Part shown: positions 49,647 to 58,716 of the stretch, one piece after another
How the letters are laid out: each line of letters opens with the position of its first letter
How positions within the stretch are numbered: the first letter of the stretch is position 1
DNA from: a virus
Taxonomy: Duplodnaviria > Caudoviricetes
Direction: 5' to 3' (one strand)
Virus record (IMG/VR): IMGVR_UViG_3300037991_004042
Coordinates: 1 to 62,172 of that record
Length of the DNA stretch: 62,172 bases
The notes under the pieces: model-generated
Told to the model about the DNA's origin: nothing
Databases searched by the model: none
The model's input: the letters and a program-made list of their open reading frames with translations, nothing else
Made by a program: the position numbers and the translations under genes

Positions 49647-50340
49647 AGAAAGCGTAAAAAACCAGAAAAAATTTTCTTGAGGTAGCTATTTATCTACTGT
49701 ACAGTAGACATTTTTAGCACGAAAATAATTATTCCAAGGGGTGGGGTAGGGGTTGACGGGTAAATGGTGACGGGTCAAGAGTTGAAGGTTGATTAGCCAG
49801 AAAGTACTGAATGTTTATTCAGTGTTTATTGTCATTATCAATAAGTGTGTTTATTGATAACGGTGAAATTCAGTTTTCAAAAACGGCTGAAAAGGTAGGT
49901 TGAACCTGCATTCTTGTCCTAGCATATGCCTCCCTGTCTATATACCTTTTGACCTTAAAACCCGTCAGAATCGATTTATGGGCCGGTTCCGTTGATTGTT
50001 GCTTTTTGGACAAAAAAAGACCGACTTATTTTGCCAGCCTAGCAAATGCTCTTGGTAGGTCAAGACAAAACGACGATAGCAATTTCACCCTTGCAAAGGT
50101 TGAAGTGGTGACAAGAGTAATTCAACACTTGCAAACCTGATCGGGAATGATCCCCCAATTCCGATCGGGGTTGACATGCAAAGAGTACTCCCCCCTTTTT
50201 TATTAGAAGAACCGCACCCGCACGAAGGCGTGAAATAATCAAGGTTGAACCTGTAATATCAGCCTGTTTTTTTTGGTGCCTATTTCCGGATCATAATTCG
50301 TGATCGGCTACGATGCCGATCATACCTTGATCTCTTCAAA

Positions 50341-50408
50341 AACTTAATCAAAATGATTAAAAAACAGTAGCCAAATCTTGTAAACATGGAATTACAAAGT
50401 TATTGAAT
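50341..50408 (+). promoter_or_regulatory. Operator-like palindrome plus candidate promoter of gene 50467
   Basis: TTAATCA-AAA-TGATTAA at 50344-50360, then TTGTAA-17 nt-TATTGA. Confidence 0.55.
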
Positions 50409-50466
50409 ACTTGCGGGGCCGGTCTGCTCTGCGCTAACCTTAAACTCTATTATCTAGGAGCCTATC

Positions 50467-51630
50467 ATGACCAATCAAACCAATAACACCACAACCACGA
50501 CCTCGGCGTCAACCTTTAAACTGAGTCTCATGTCTTGGAAGAGCACGGGGCTTTATGATTTGAGTGAAATCAATACTATCATTGAAGCCCTAACTTCAAC
50601 GGATAGGGGCCGAATTGTCTACGGTAAATTGTCAGCACTTCAATTCAATAATGGGCATAGTGTCGCAGCAAATGCTAGCACGATGATCCGAAATGACGAG
50701 ACGATTGCCGACCTCTATGAGATCAAGCATATCGCCAAGGGTCAAAATGACAACGGTGAACGGTGCGGGCACTTTGTCCTTTCCAAGGGATATGCTGTAC
50801 ATCTTGACGACAAAGGAGTTGCAAGTAACAAGATCCAATTGGAAATCGAACAAACAATTGGCTACACGATCACTCGTGATTTTGATACGGGCGAAATGAC
50901 TTACAAATTCCACGGTCAATTCTCCGACTTCATACAAGAACACTTAGAAGCTGCTGTTACTAAGTTCAACGGTAATGATGTTAAGCAAATGCTTATCGAT
51001 CCCGTGATCAAGGGCTTTAAAATGATGAGATATGGCGGATCCGGTGTATATGTGACACCGACCGACTTGGAGCCCCCTAAGAGACGATTCCTAGGATTGT
51101 TAGAAGATCACCTTGGGGATCTACTTCCTGAATTCGGATTTGACAAAGTTGTGGTCAATGAAGACGACGCTCGCCAAGTAAAGAAGGCTTGTAAATCTTT
51201 ATTGGGTGGGCTTGAAAGTCGTATGGCAGAAGCTTTACAAGTGGTTGATAAATTGCAACACCAAGATGATTATGGAAAGCGGGAAGTAAGCAGCAAAGCA
51301 ATAACTAAAGCCTTTCGACAAATCTCAGATATGCAACAGCAAATTTATATGTATGAAGACCTTATGAATATGAAAAAAGATCTAACAGAGTCACGAATTT
51401 CCTACATAAGCGAGATGTTGGAAAAGGGACACGCAAGAGTAACCCAAATCAAAGAAGATCAAAAAGCTCGATTGTCTGCAAAGCAATCGCAGCCTTCAGC
51501 CCGCAAAAGTAAAATGCAAGCCTTACAAGCGGAAAAAGATGCGGCCCTGCTAGCACAAGAGGAATTGCAAGCACAATTAGCGGCAATGCAAGCACAATTG
51601 GCAGCCCTAACCGCTCAAGCTTCCAAGTAA
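50467..51630 (+). CDS. DUF6744/DUF3150-like protein with C-terminal coiled coil
   Basis: AGGAG RBS; FNGNDVKQML...MRYGGSGVYVTP motif recalled from that family; family call is tentative. Confidence 0.55.
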   Translation: MTNQTNNTTTTTSASTFKLSLMSWKSTGLYDLSEINTIIEALTSTDRGRIVYGKLSALQFNNGHSVAANASTMIRNDETIADLYEIKHIAKGQNDNGERCGHFVLSKGYAVHLDDKGVASNKIQLEIEQTIGYTITRDFDTGEMTYKFHGQFSDFIQEHLEAAVTKFNGNDVKQMLIDPVIKGFKMMRYGGSGVYVTPTDLEPPKRRFLGLLEDHLGDLLPEFGFDKVVVNEDDARQVKKACKSLLGGLESRMAEALQVVDKLQHQDDYGKREVSSKAITKAFRQISDMQQQIYMYEDLMNMKKDLTESRISYISEMLEKGHARVTQIKEDQKARLSAKQSQPSARKSKMQALQAEKDAALLAQEELQAQLAAMQAQLAALTAQASK

Positions 51631-51650
51631 GCGTAAGTGATAAAATTCCC

Positions 51651-51677
51651 AAGGGGACTCGCAAGAGTCCCCTTTTT
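51651..51677 (+). terminator. Intrinsic terminator
   Basis: AAGGGGACTC-GCAA-GAGTCCCCTT-TTT with a GNRA loop. Confidence 0.9.
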
Positions 51678-51947
51678 GCTTTGCAAGTTTTTTATTTTCA
51701 ACTTGCAAGAAATAACTTCCAAACTCAAACGAAGCGTTTTCAGTTTCGTTCTTTTGCTTTGCAAGTATAAAACGCGTGTTCAAGAATTGTGCGCTCTCAG
51801 GCTTTACAAGTATGCGCTCTTGAAGATTCGCATAATTATATTATGTAAGCGTTTATAAGCGCAATATGTCAAAATAAACAAATTGCCGCTTATTACAATA
51901 TATTATACAAATTCACATGCGTTGAGTAGTAAAATATTACAAATATA

Positions 51948-52235
51948 TTAATTGTCTCTTATCTTATTTTTTGATTGCGGAACAGAATCAACCGGCAAGA
52001 ATTGTTCGTCCTTGCAAATGCGCATCATCTCAAACAAGTCGGGTATAAACAATTCTACTGTAACTGTATCGTATCCACACTCATTCGATGAGCAGCGACG
52101 CCTTCTAACTATATAATCGCTTGAATACCAATCGATCAGAACAGCGGCCTTAGAACGCAAGTATGTGCGTGTATTATCATCCTTTGAAGATGTGTTTATA
52201 ACTTTAAACTTTGAACCACATCTAGGACATTCCAT
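51948..52235 (-). CDS. NrdR N-terminal-like Zn-ribbon protein
   Basis: MECPRCGSKFKVINTS...VRRRRCSSNECGYDTVTVE; no ATP-cone. Confidence 0.7.
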   Translation of the reverse strand: MECPRCGSKFKVINTSSKDDNTRTYLRSKAAVLIDWYSSDYIVRRRRCSSNECGYDTVTVELFIPDLFEMMRICKDEQFLPVDSVPQSKNKIRDN

Positions 52236-52573
52236 ATCGCAACCTAATTGAGTAGTGAGCGCAGTTGTAATATATCTTTTAATTCAATTGTTTATTTTAT
52301 AATTACAACTATTTGTACACGCCATGTAAGCGGTTCTGGGATTCGCTCGTATTTGGCCCGTGTTGCGTTTTGGTTGATAGCCTAGCCTAGACACAAGACA
52401 CGGTCAAAGAAGGCGACACAAGGCGAGTATGAAGGCCAATTATGATGGTCTTAGACTGCTGATTGGTTGTTATCTGTATATCCGGAAATGGTGAATTGAT
52501 GCCATATCAATAATTATTATTTATAAGTGAATTAAAAGTGATCTTATCTTCAGCCTTGGAAGTGGAGCCATGC

Positions 52574-52596
52574 GCGTCAGGCGTCAGGCGTCAGGC
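52574..52596. repeat. (GCGTCAG)x3 tandem repeat
   Basis: Directly visible. Confidence 0.85.
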
Positions 52597-52947
52597 TTGG
52601 AAGCCTTTTCAGGCGAGTCGCGATTTGGCGTTTTTGGTGCTGTATTCGTGTTCAGTAAAAGATCCGGACACAAGACAATAATTGTCCAAAGCGATCCCAA
52701 TTGTCAGAAAGATGTCAAGAAATGACCATTTTTCATGCGTTCAGCATGTCAATTAAACAATACAATGATAATTTGAGATTAGGCAATTACGCCGATCAAA
52801 CCTACCATGCGAGCGACCCATGACCTTATCAGATCTTGCAACTTTAATTCATGAGTGGACTGTAATAGTTCACTTCGAAACGATTTTTGCTGTAGCACTA
52901 ACAGCAATTGTCTTAATCATTCCAACCCTCAAAGTACAGGAGTAATC

Positions 52948-54333
52948 ATGCCAAACAATTCTTATAACCTTCAAGAACTAGGAGCCGAGATGCTAACCAC
53001 ATCGCAAGCAGAAATACAGGAGTCTTTCAGTAGATTTGCAAATCTATATCAACTGACCAAAGACTCTTTCATTGAAAGAAATGAACTTACAACTTGTATC
53101 TTTACCGCTATGATCGCCGGTGAAAATGTTGCAACTGTTGGATTGCCGGGGACTGGTAAGTCCATGATAATCAGAACGATAGCAAAGAATATCTTACAAG
53201 CTAAGTATTACGAAACTATTGTTGATAAGTATACGAAGAAGTCAGATTTACTTGGAGAGGTTTCCATTCCCGCAATGAAAGAGGGTCGCAGGGAAATTTT
53301 TATCCAAGACACATTTGCAGATTGCAACTTTGCATTTGTTGACGAATTCTTTAAGGCTTCAGGAGCCACAAGTAACGCAATGCTCGGTGTCCTGAATGAT
53401 AAAAGGGCTTGGGATGGAAATCAGTATGTTGATTGTCCGCTTATCTCATGCGTCGTTGCAAGTAACGAGTACCCAAACGCAAAAGAACTTGGGGCTCTTT
53501 GGGATCGATTCCCGCTTCGATACCATGTACTTCCAATCCAGTCAGAAGACAATTTCGAAAGGCTAATCTTCCAAGATAGCTTCGATGTTGACTCACCAAT
53601 CAACCTTGCAGATATATATAATGTGCAAGCGATGGTCGATACAGTTGGATTTTGTAAGGGTGCATTTGAAGTGCTCAAAGAGCTTAGGCTGAAAATGATT
53701 GCTTATAAAATATATGTATCTGATAGGCGTTGGAAGAAAGCCATAAAGATAATGAAGGCTTATGCAGTATTGCAAGGCAAATCTTCAATTGACCGTGAGT
53801 GTTTCAACATTCTAATGCACATGATGTGGGACAAGCCCTCTCAAAGAACAACAATTGTAAACATTATTGAAGAACTTCCCCCAATGGCTACACCGAAGCA
53901 GTTGCGAGAAGGCCAATTCAAAGATCGTTGCAATTCATTACAAGAAGAGTGGGAAGAGCACAAGTGGAATATAAAGACTGCAAGTGTTCGGCATACAGGC
54001 GGAAGCCTAGTCGAAAGAACAGAAGCATTTGTAAGCGAAGTTGAAACCGCAATACAAGAGGAAGGTCTAGACGGCTTACAACGCGTTCTTGACAGATCAT
54101 GCGATTGGGTTGTTGAAGCTACAACTTTATCATTCGAGCGCGATGTCAATGATTTGATCGCAAAGCTTAACAGTGAAAAAGATCCACTTAAAAGTGCGGT
54201 AGAAGCAACACAATTCACACTTAATTATTACAAAGGCAAAAGAGAGGAACTTACAAATAGCGGCCTAGATGTTGAAAGAATCGTGGGCTGTGACAAACTT
54301 ATCAACCAATTACAAAGCATGTTTGGAGCTTAA
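52948..54333 (+). CDS. MoxR-family AAA+ ATPase, RavA-like
   Basis: GLPGTGKS, FVDEFFKA, ASNEYP, ALWDRF, VSDRRWKK; AGGAG RBS before ATG 52948. Confidence 0.9.
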   Translation: MPNNSYNLQELGAEMLTTSQAEIQESFSRFANLYQLTKDSFIERNELTTCIFTAMIAGENVATVGLPGTGKSMIIRTIAKNILQAKYYETIVDKYTKKSDLLGEVSIPAMKEGRREIFIQDTFADCNFAFVDEFFKASGATSNAMLGVLNDKRAWDGNQYVDCPLISCVVASNEYPNAKELGALWDRFPLRYHVLPIQSEDNFERLIFQDSFDVDSPINLADIYNVQAMVDTVGFCKGAFEVLKELRLKMIAYKIYVSDRRWKKAIKIMKAYAVLQGKSSIDRECFNILMHMMWDKPSQRTTIVNIIEELPPMATPKQLREGQFKDRCNSLQEEWEEHKWNIKTASVRHTGGSLVERTEAFVSEVETAIQEEGLDGLQRVLDRSCDWVVEATTLSFERDVNDLIAKLNSEKDPLKSAVEATQFTLNYYKGKREELTNSGLDVERIVGCDKLINQLQSMFGA

Positions 54334-54334
54334 A

Positions 54335-55672
54335 ATGAAAAGACTTACAGAAATAAAGTATGAGCAAAACGAAAAAACTATTAATGGCGTCAATGATCCG
54401 CTTACAAGATATGTATTTGCAAGCGTCGTTGAGCAAGCCGTGATCCCGCTTCCAAGTGAGATGATAGGCGTTGATAAGATTCTCTATCAAAAGATTACAG
54501 AAGACGATCAGTTTCTAGACCTTGCAAGGAACTTAGAAGACTCGGATGGCAGCGCATTTGCTGTATCATCTTGGCTTGTAAACAAATGCAGGGAGCTATT
54601 CAAGAAAGAGCTTAGATACTTTGACGGTGATCTTGAGAAGACAAAAGATTACTTGGAAAAAAGAGATGGTATCTTGGGTGAGAATGATGCTGTTCAAAAG
54701 TCGGAAGCAATTTCCAACTTTGAAAAGGCGTTAGGTAGGGACTTGTCAGGAGATATTGTTGTCAACTGTGGAGCAGGAGACTCGGAAGGTCAATTTGGGG
54801 TTCATATCAATGAAACACTTATTGAAATTCTAGGTAGCAAAAACCTCTCGCCGTTCGCTAGTGCGATTGGAAGGCTTGAAAAGGCAATGAGTATCGCAGA
54901 TAATTCCAGAGGCTTACGAGGTCAACAGACTACAAACATCGATATGTCAGATGATATATCGCGAGTCTTGGAAAGCGAGTTCGCTATGCTGTCAGACGAT
55001 GATTGCGAGGACAAGTTTTATGAAGACTATCTAAACTCATCATTGCAAAGCTGGGAAGAAGACGGTGACGAAAGTCTTTCCAATGGTAACCTTATCATTC
55101 TTTTGGATATATCCGGAAGCATGGATAAGCAATTGTATTTCGGTACTAAGTCAAATGGTAGCGGGCTTTATGTGTCGTCTTTGGATCTTGCAAAGTCAAT
55201 CATATATGCGATACTTAAAGATCGCAAGGATAAGTCTGATACGCTCTTCCAATTTGATTACCAGTGTAGAGATGTACAAGCCATTACAAACTTCAGTGCA
55301 AGCGATCTCAAAAAGCTTCTAAGTATTCATACTGGAGGCGGTACTGACTTTGCTCCAACCTTGGAAAAGGCTGTAAGGTATTGCGATAATAGACCAGAGT
55401 TGGGATATGACATATTGCTTATAACTGACGCTGATTTTGATTCCGATGATGTTGCTGCGATGGAGCACTTCAAAAAGAATTGCAAGTCAGAAGCTAGAAT
55501 CTTCAGCCTAGTGATTCACAATAGAATTGCAAATGTAATAAAGAAGATAAGTCACAAGTCAATCTTGCTAGACACTTACGAGGACATGCCTGAGCAACTT
55601 GATAAGCTTGCAAACCTTGTCCTTGACATCGAGGAAGCCACAATAGAATTGGGAGCGACTCATGCTAAGTAG
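54335..55672 (+). CDS. vWA-domain protein, ViaA-like
   Basis: DDISRVLESE, MIDAS LLDISGSM, GGGTDF, LLITDA; adjacent to the AAA+ gene. Confidence 0.9.
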   Translation: MKRLTEIKYEQNEKTINGVNDPLTRYVFASVVEQAVIPLPSEMIGVDKILYQKITEDDQFLDLARNLEDSDGSAFAVSSWLVNKCRELFKKELRYFDGDLEKTKDYLEKRDGILGENDAVQKSEAISNFEKALGRDLSGDIVVNCGAGDSEGQFGVHINETLIEILGSKNLSPFASAIGRLEKAMSIADNSRGLRGQQTTNIDMSDDISRVLESEFAMLSDDDCEDKFYEDYLNSSLQSWEEDGDESLSNGNLIILLDISGSMDKQLYFGTKSNGSGLYVSSLDLAKSIIYAILKDRKDKSDTLFQFDYQCRDVQAITNFSASDLKKLLSIHTGGGTDFAPTLEKAVRYCDNRPELGYDILLITDADFDSDDVAAMEHFKKNCKSEARIFSLVIHNRIANVIKKISHKSILLDTYEDMPEQLDKLANLVLDIEEATIELGATHAK

Positions 55673-55916
55673 TTTGCAAGTTAGAAAGGCTTTGGAGTGG
55701 TGGAGGCCACTCCACAAGTCTACAACTCTACCTAACGCCCTGCTCTGGGCAGAATTGAAAGGTCTAGAAGTGACATTCCATGAGACTGGTCGGTCTTACG
55801 AGTACATAAGTGTGACCAAAGAAGGTTGGGACTTCGAGATACAACTTAAATTTTCATATGGATTTATTCGAGAGATTCTAATCCACCAATCAATGCAATT
55901 AAAGATGGAGCTTTAA
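55662..55916 (+). CDS. Hypothetical protein
   Basis: GGAG RBS; operon packing. Confidence 0.65.
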   Translation: MLSSLQVRKALEWWRPLHKSTTLPNALLWAELKGLEVTFHETGRSYEYISVTKEGWDFEIQLKFSYGFIREILIHQSMQLKMEL

Positions 55917-55917
55917 A

Positions 55918-56106
55918 ATGACTCACAAGGAAAGATACCCTAGCCAGTACAATCATCCTCTTGTAGGCCGCAAAGTAATGGCGCACGACGGAAGCGAGTT
56001 TATTGTCTTCCGAGTAGTCGATTCTCGATTCGGGAAACTGGCTATGTCAGAATCGCAAACTCGAGCATTCCAAATATCAACACTTACAATTATAGAGGAA
56101 CAATAA
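55918..56106 (+). CDS. Hypothetical small protein
   Basis: GGAG RBS; operon packing. Confidence 0.65.
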   Translation: MTHKERYPSQYNHPLVGRKVMAHDGSEFIVFRVVDSRFGKLAMSESQTRAFQISTLTIIEEQ

Positions 56107-56107
56107 A

Positions 56108-56803
56108 ATGGAAAACATTATAAGCGAAGACGAACAACTAATCATATCGTTCAATGGTAAGTATGGGCGCACCGAAGGGTTCAGGAGATTTGTAAACGCA
56201 GAGTTAGACTTTGATACCTTCGAGCAATCATACATGGTAAACGGTCAATTGCTACTTGAAAGGTTGTACCCTGCAAGAATGGGAACATACACGCTCTGGA
56301 AGTACAGCGTTTGCAAGAGTGGAGAAGTCAAGGGAACGATACTCGCAGACCCAATCTTTGAAATGTCAAAGATCGTTGGCGAGGTAACCGTGCTTGACCT
56401 TCTAGCCATAACAGAAGCGATGCACCGGTACAAAGGCGCAAGCTTTATAAGGCCACCACTGCACCATATAACTGATGACCTTCTAAAGGTGCGCTTGGGC
56501 ATGCAAGTCCCATCGTTTGTAAGTATTGAACCAATGCTAACGAGGGTCAAGAATAAACGGTCTAACAATAGGAGGCTACTTAAGAGGCATTCGTCGAATA
56601 AAAACGGACTGAAGGCCCTCTCAGGAGCCTTCTTGACGGCAAATATCGACCGCCTATCCGAGCCAGAAATCAAAGGCCCGTTTGAGCAAGCAACCGTGCT
56701 GTGGTACGGCGAAAGTGTACACTTACAATATGATAACTTCAACTCAGCAGAGGAGTTTATAGACTTCGAATATGCGTGGGCGAACTTCTTTTATAGAAAG
56801 TAA
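56108..56803 (+). CDS. Hypothetical protein
   Basis: GAGG RBS; followed by a terminator. Confidence 0.7.
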   Translation: MENIISEDEQLIISFNGKYGRTEGFRRFVNAELDFDTFEQSYMVNGQLLLERLYPARMGTYTLWKYSVCKSGEVKGTILADPIFEMSKIVGEVTVLDLLAITEAMHRYKGASFIRPPLHHITDDLLKVRLGMQVPSFVSIEPMLTRVKNKRSNNRRLLKRHSSNKNGLKALSGAFLTANIDRLSEPEIKGPFEQATVLWYGESVHLQYDNFNSAEEFIDFEYAWANFFYRK

Positions 56804-56823
56804 TACACTTACAAGCAGGTAGG

Positions 56824-56853
56824 AATGGGGCGCGGTTGAACGCCCCATTTTTT
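56824..56853 (+). terminator. Intrinsic terminator
   Basis: AATGGGGCG...CGCCCCATT followed by a T-run. Confidence 0.88.
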
Positions 56854-57218
56854 ATTTGCAATATGCGGCTTGGCGAATTGCGCCTTACCACAAATCCAAA
56901 CTGGATTAGGTAGATCCAAAGAAGAAATTGTAACTAGTTTCACCCTCACAAAATGTAACCGTTACAACATATGAATCTTGGTGGGATTGAATCAGTATAT
57001 CTTCATTGTAAGTAAATGCCTAATATTTATTCAGGCGATCAACATATGTTCTTAAATGTAAAATATATGTCAAACGACTTGCAAGAACTATTGACATTGG
57101 GGTAATATTGGGGGGAGGTTAGGAGGGGGGTCAACCGCAAGGCTTATAGGTAAACCCCAAAAAAACAATTAAAACCTCATAGAATTATAATTAATTAATT
57201 ACTAATTACTAATTAGAA

Positions 57219-57578
57219 CTATTTTTTCCAACTAGAAACGATACGCCTAGCATCAGCACGACTTGTAGGCATAGAAAGAGTGGAAGACACATTTTCGGGT
57301 TTAGGTTGCAACCCATTAAGATGAAGAGTCTCATATTGGTGACCGCTTTTTGCCCTTCTAAGTTTTATTTTGATACCCGCCTTGTCGATAACAACTCGAC
57401 CTGTGTGACTGCTACGAGCCACAGAGAGGAGATGGTCTAGAGTTTCGACTTCCAAGTATAATCGTACATCGCGATTACTCTCTGGCCCGCCAAGTTCAAA
57501 CTCTACTAATATATCATCACCACCATCTTGTAATGGTAATAGTTTTTGTATTATTCTATTCTTGAAATAATCAAGCAT
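57219..57578 (-). CDS. Hypothetical protein
   Basis: GAGG RBS before ATG 57578; overlaps the upstream stop. Confidence 0.65.
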   Translation of the reverse strand: MLDYFKNRIIQKLLPLQDGGDDILVEFELGGPESNRDVRLYLEVETLDHLLSVARSSHTGRVVIDKAGIKIKLRRAKSGHQYETLHLNGLQPKPENVSSTLSMPTSRADARRIVSSWKK

Positions 57579-58371
57579 CGATAACCTCATTCCCGTGTAT
57601 TGCAAGTACTCCCTTGCCCTTCATCTTCAACGCACTAAGGATTGCAACTAATTCCTCAGTGTCTTCCAACATAGCCTCTACAACATCACCACCATTCTGC
57701 TTTGCATGCTTAACCCTCAAAGATTCAGCCACAAACCTTGCCCCACCATTTTTGGAACCATCATCCAATAGTTCTCGGCGCAAGGCAATTAATGTTGGTA
57801 AGTCTCGCAAATTCTTGCGTAAGCTTCCATCTTTTATACCGCTTGCAAGATAACCAATCGCAGCATCTATTAGAATAAGATGTTTGCGCTTAACTTCCTT
57901 GTCAAACAAAGTTTCTTTCGGTTTTGTTTCTTCAATAGACTTCTGGACACCTTCAGAAACTGAACGAACTTTCCCGTCAGTTATACTTATAGGCGCAGCA
58001 ATGTTCTCTTGAACCATAACTATCTCGGAAGTTCCATACTTCACAGCATAAACCTCATTGTAAAGACGCTGAGCCTCTATATCCGAGGTAGCAGAGTAGC
58101 CAGCACGACTTTTCCAGTCCCAGTCTTTCTTATACTTGTAGACTGAGGAGTATGAACGCTCGATAGCCTTGGAAACCAAAGCAAGGTTGCGCTTAGACTC
58201 AACCTGCATAGCCCACAAAAGAAAAGCACGGTGTGCTCTTTCTGACTCGGCACTCATTCTTAATAGTGGACTTGCACCTTGTACATTTATTTCAATTCTA
58301 CTCATTTCTTCTTTATTTTTTTTCTTTATATTGGGCCTACCAACTGGATTTTTCTTCTTTATATTAGCCAT
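57571..58371 (-). CDS. Putative terminase small subunit (HTH)
   Basis: ESERAHRAF...KRNLALVSKAIERS...DWDWKSRA resembles TerS-type HTH proteins, followed by a helical region. Confidence 0.55.
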   Translation of the reverse strand: MANIKKKNPVGRPNIKKKNKEEMSRIEINVQGASPLLRMSAESERAHRAFLLWAMQVESKRNLALVSKAIERSYSSVYKYKKDWDWKSRAGYSATSDIEAQRLYNEVYAVKYGTSEIVMVQENIAAPISITDGKVRSVSEGVQKSIEETKPKETLFDKEVKRKHLILIDAAIGYLASGIKDGSLRKNLRDLPTLIALRRELLDDGSKNGGARFVAESLRVKHAKQNGGDVVEAMLEDTEELVAILSALKMKGKGVLAIHGNEVIDA

Positions 58372-58643
58372 AATTGAAACTCCAATTCAATAATTACATA
58401 ATTATATTAAAGATATATATCAATATTCGTATAAAACTAAACAATTTGTATGAGCTTACAGTCTTTTTTTCAAGTATTAGTGAAGTTGAGATTGCATTTG
58501 GGTTATGAACTTAGAGTTCTTGATTGTGATAAGTAGGTTTCATAGGTAGTTATTTAGTTATTCAAATTGAATTAAAGAATTGAATGTAAAATTGAAAGTA
58601 TTTTACTTATCTTAATCATTTTTAATAATAATAGAAGGATATT

Positions 58644-58716
58644 TTACAGGCGTTCTGTAATTAGGTTTCAAGCGTCCTGTAATATGTTTACAGGCGTTCA
58701 GTCAGGCGTCCTGTAA
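58644..58716. repeat. Four 17-bp pseudo-palindromic repeats, consensus TTACAGGCGTYCTGTAA
   Basis: Copies start at 58644, 58666, 58688 and 58700. Confidence 0.8.

Noticed and set aside
49693-49708. Protelomerase target site
   Set aside because: No protelomerase or tyrosine recombinase gene recognised, and the palindrome is short.
49949-50242. Short ORFs in the post-terminase region
   Set aside because: No convincing RBS, overlapping on opposite strands and full of inverted repeats; more likely non-coding.
51948-52235. True NrdR repressor
   Set aside because: Only the Zn-ribbon is present; no ATP-cone and no ribonucleotide reductase genes.
58644-58716. Mini-CRISPR array, or sRNA against the AAA+ gene RBS (TACAGG)
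   Set aside because: Spacers are only 5 nt, and the complementarity is only 6-7 nt from a palindromic repeat.
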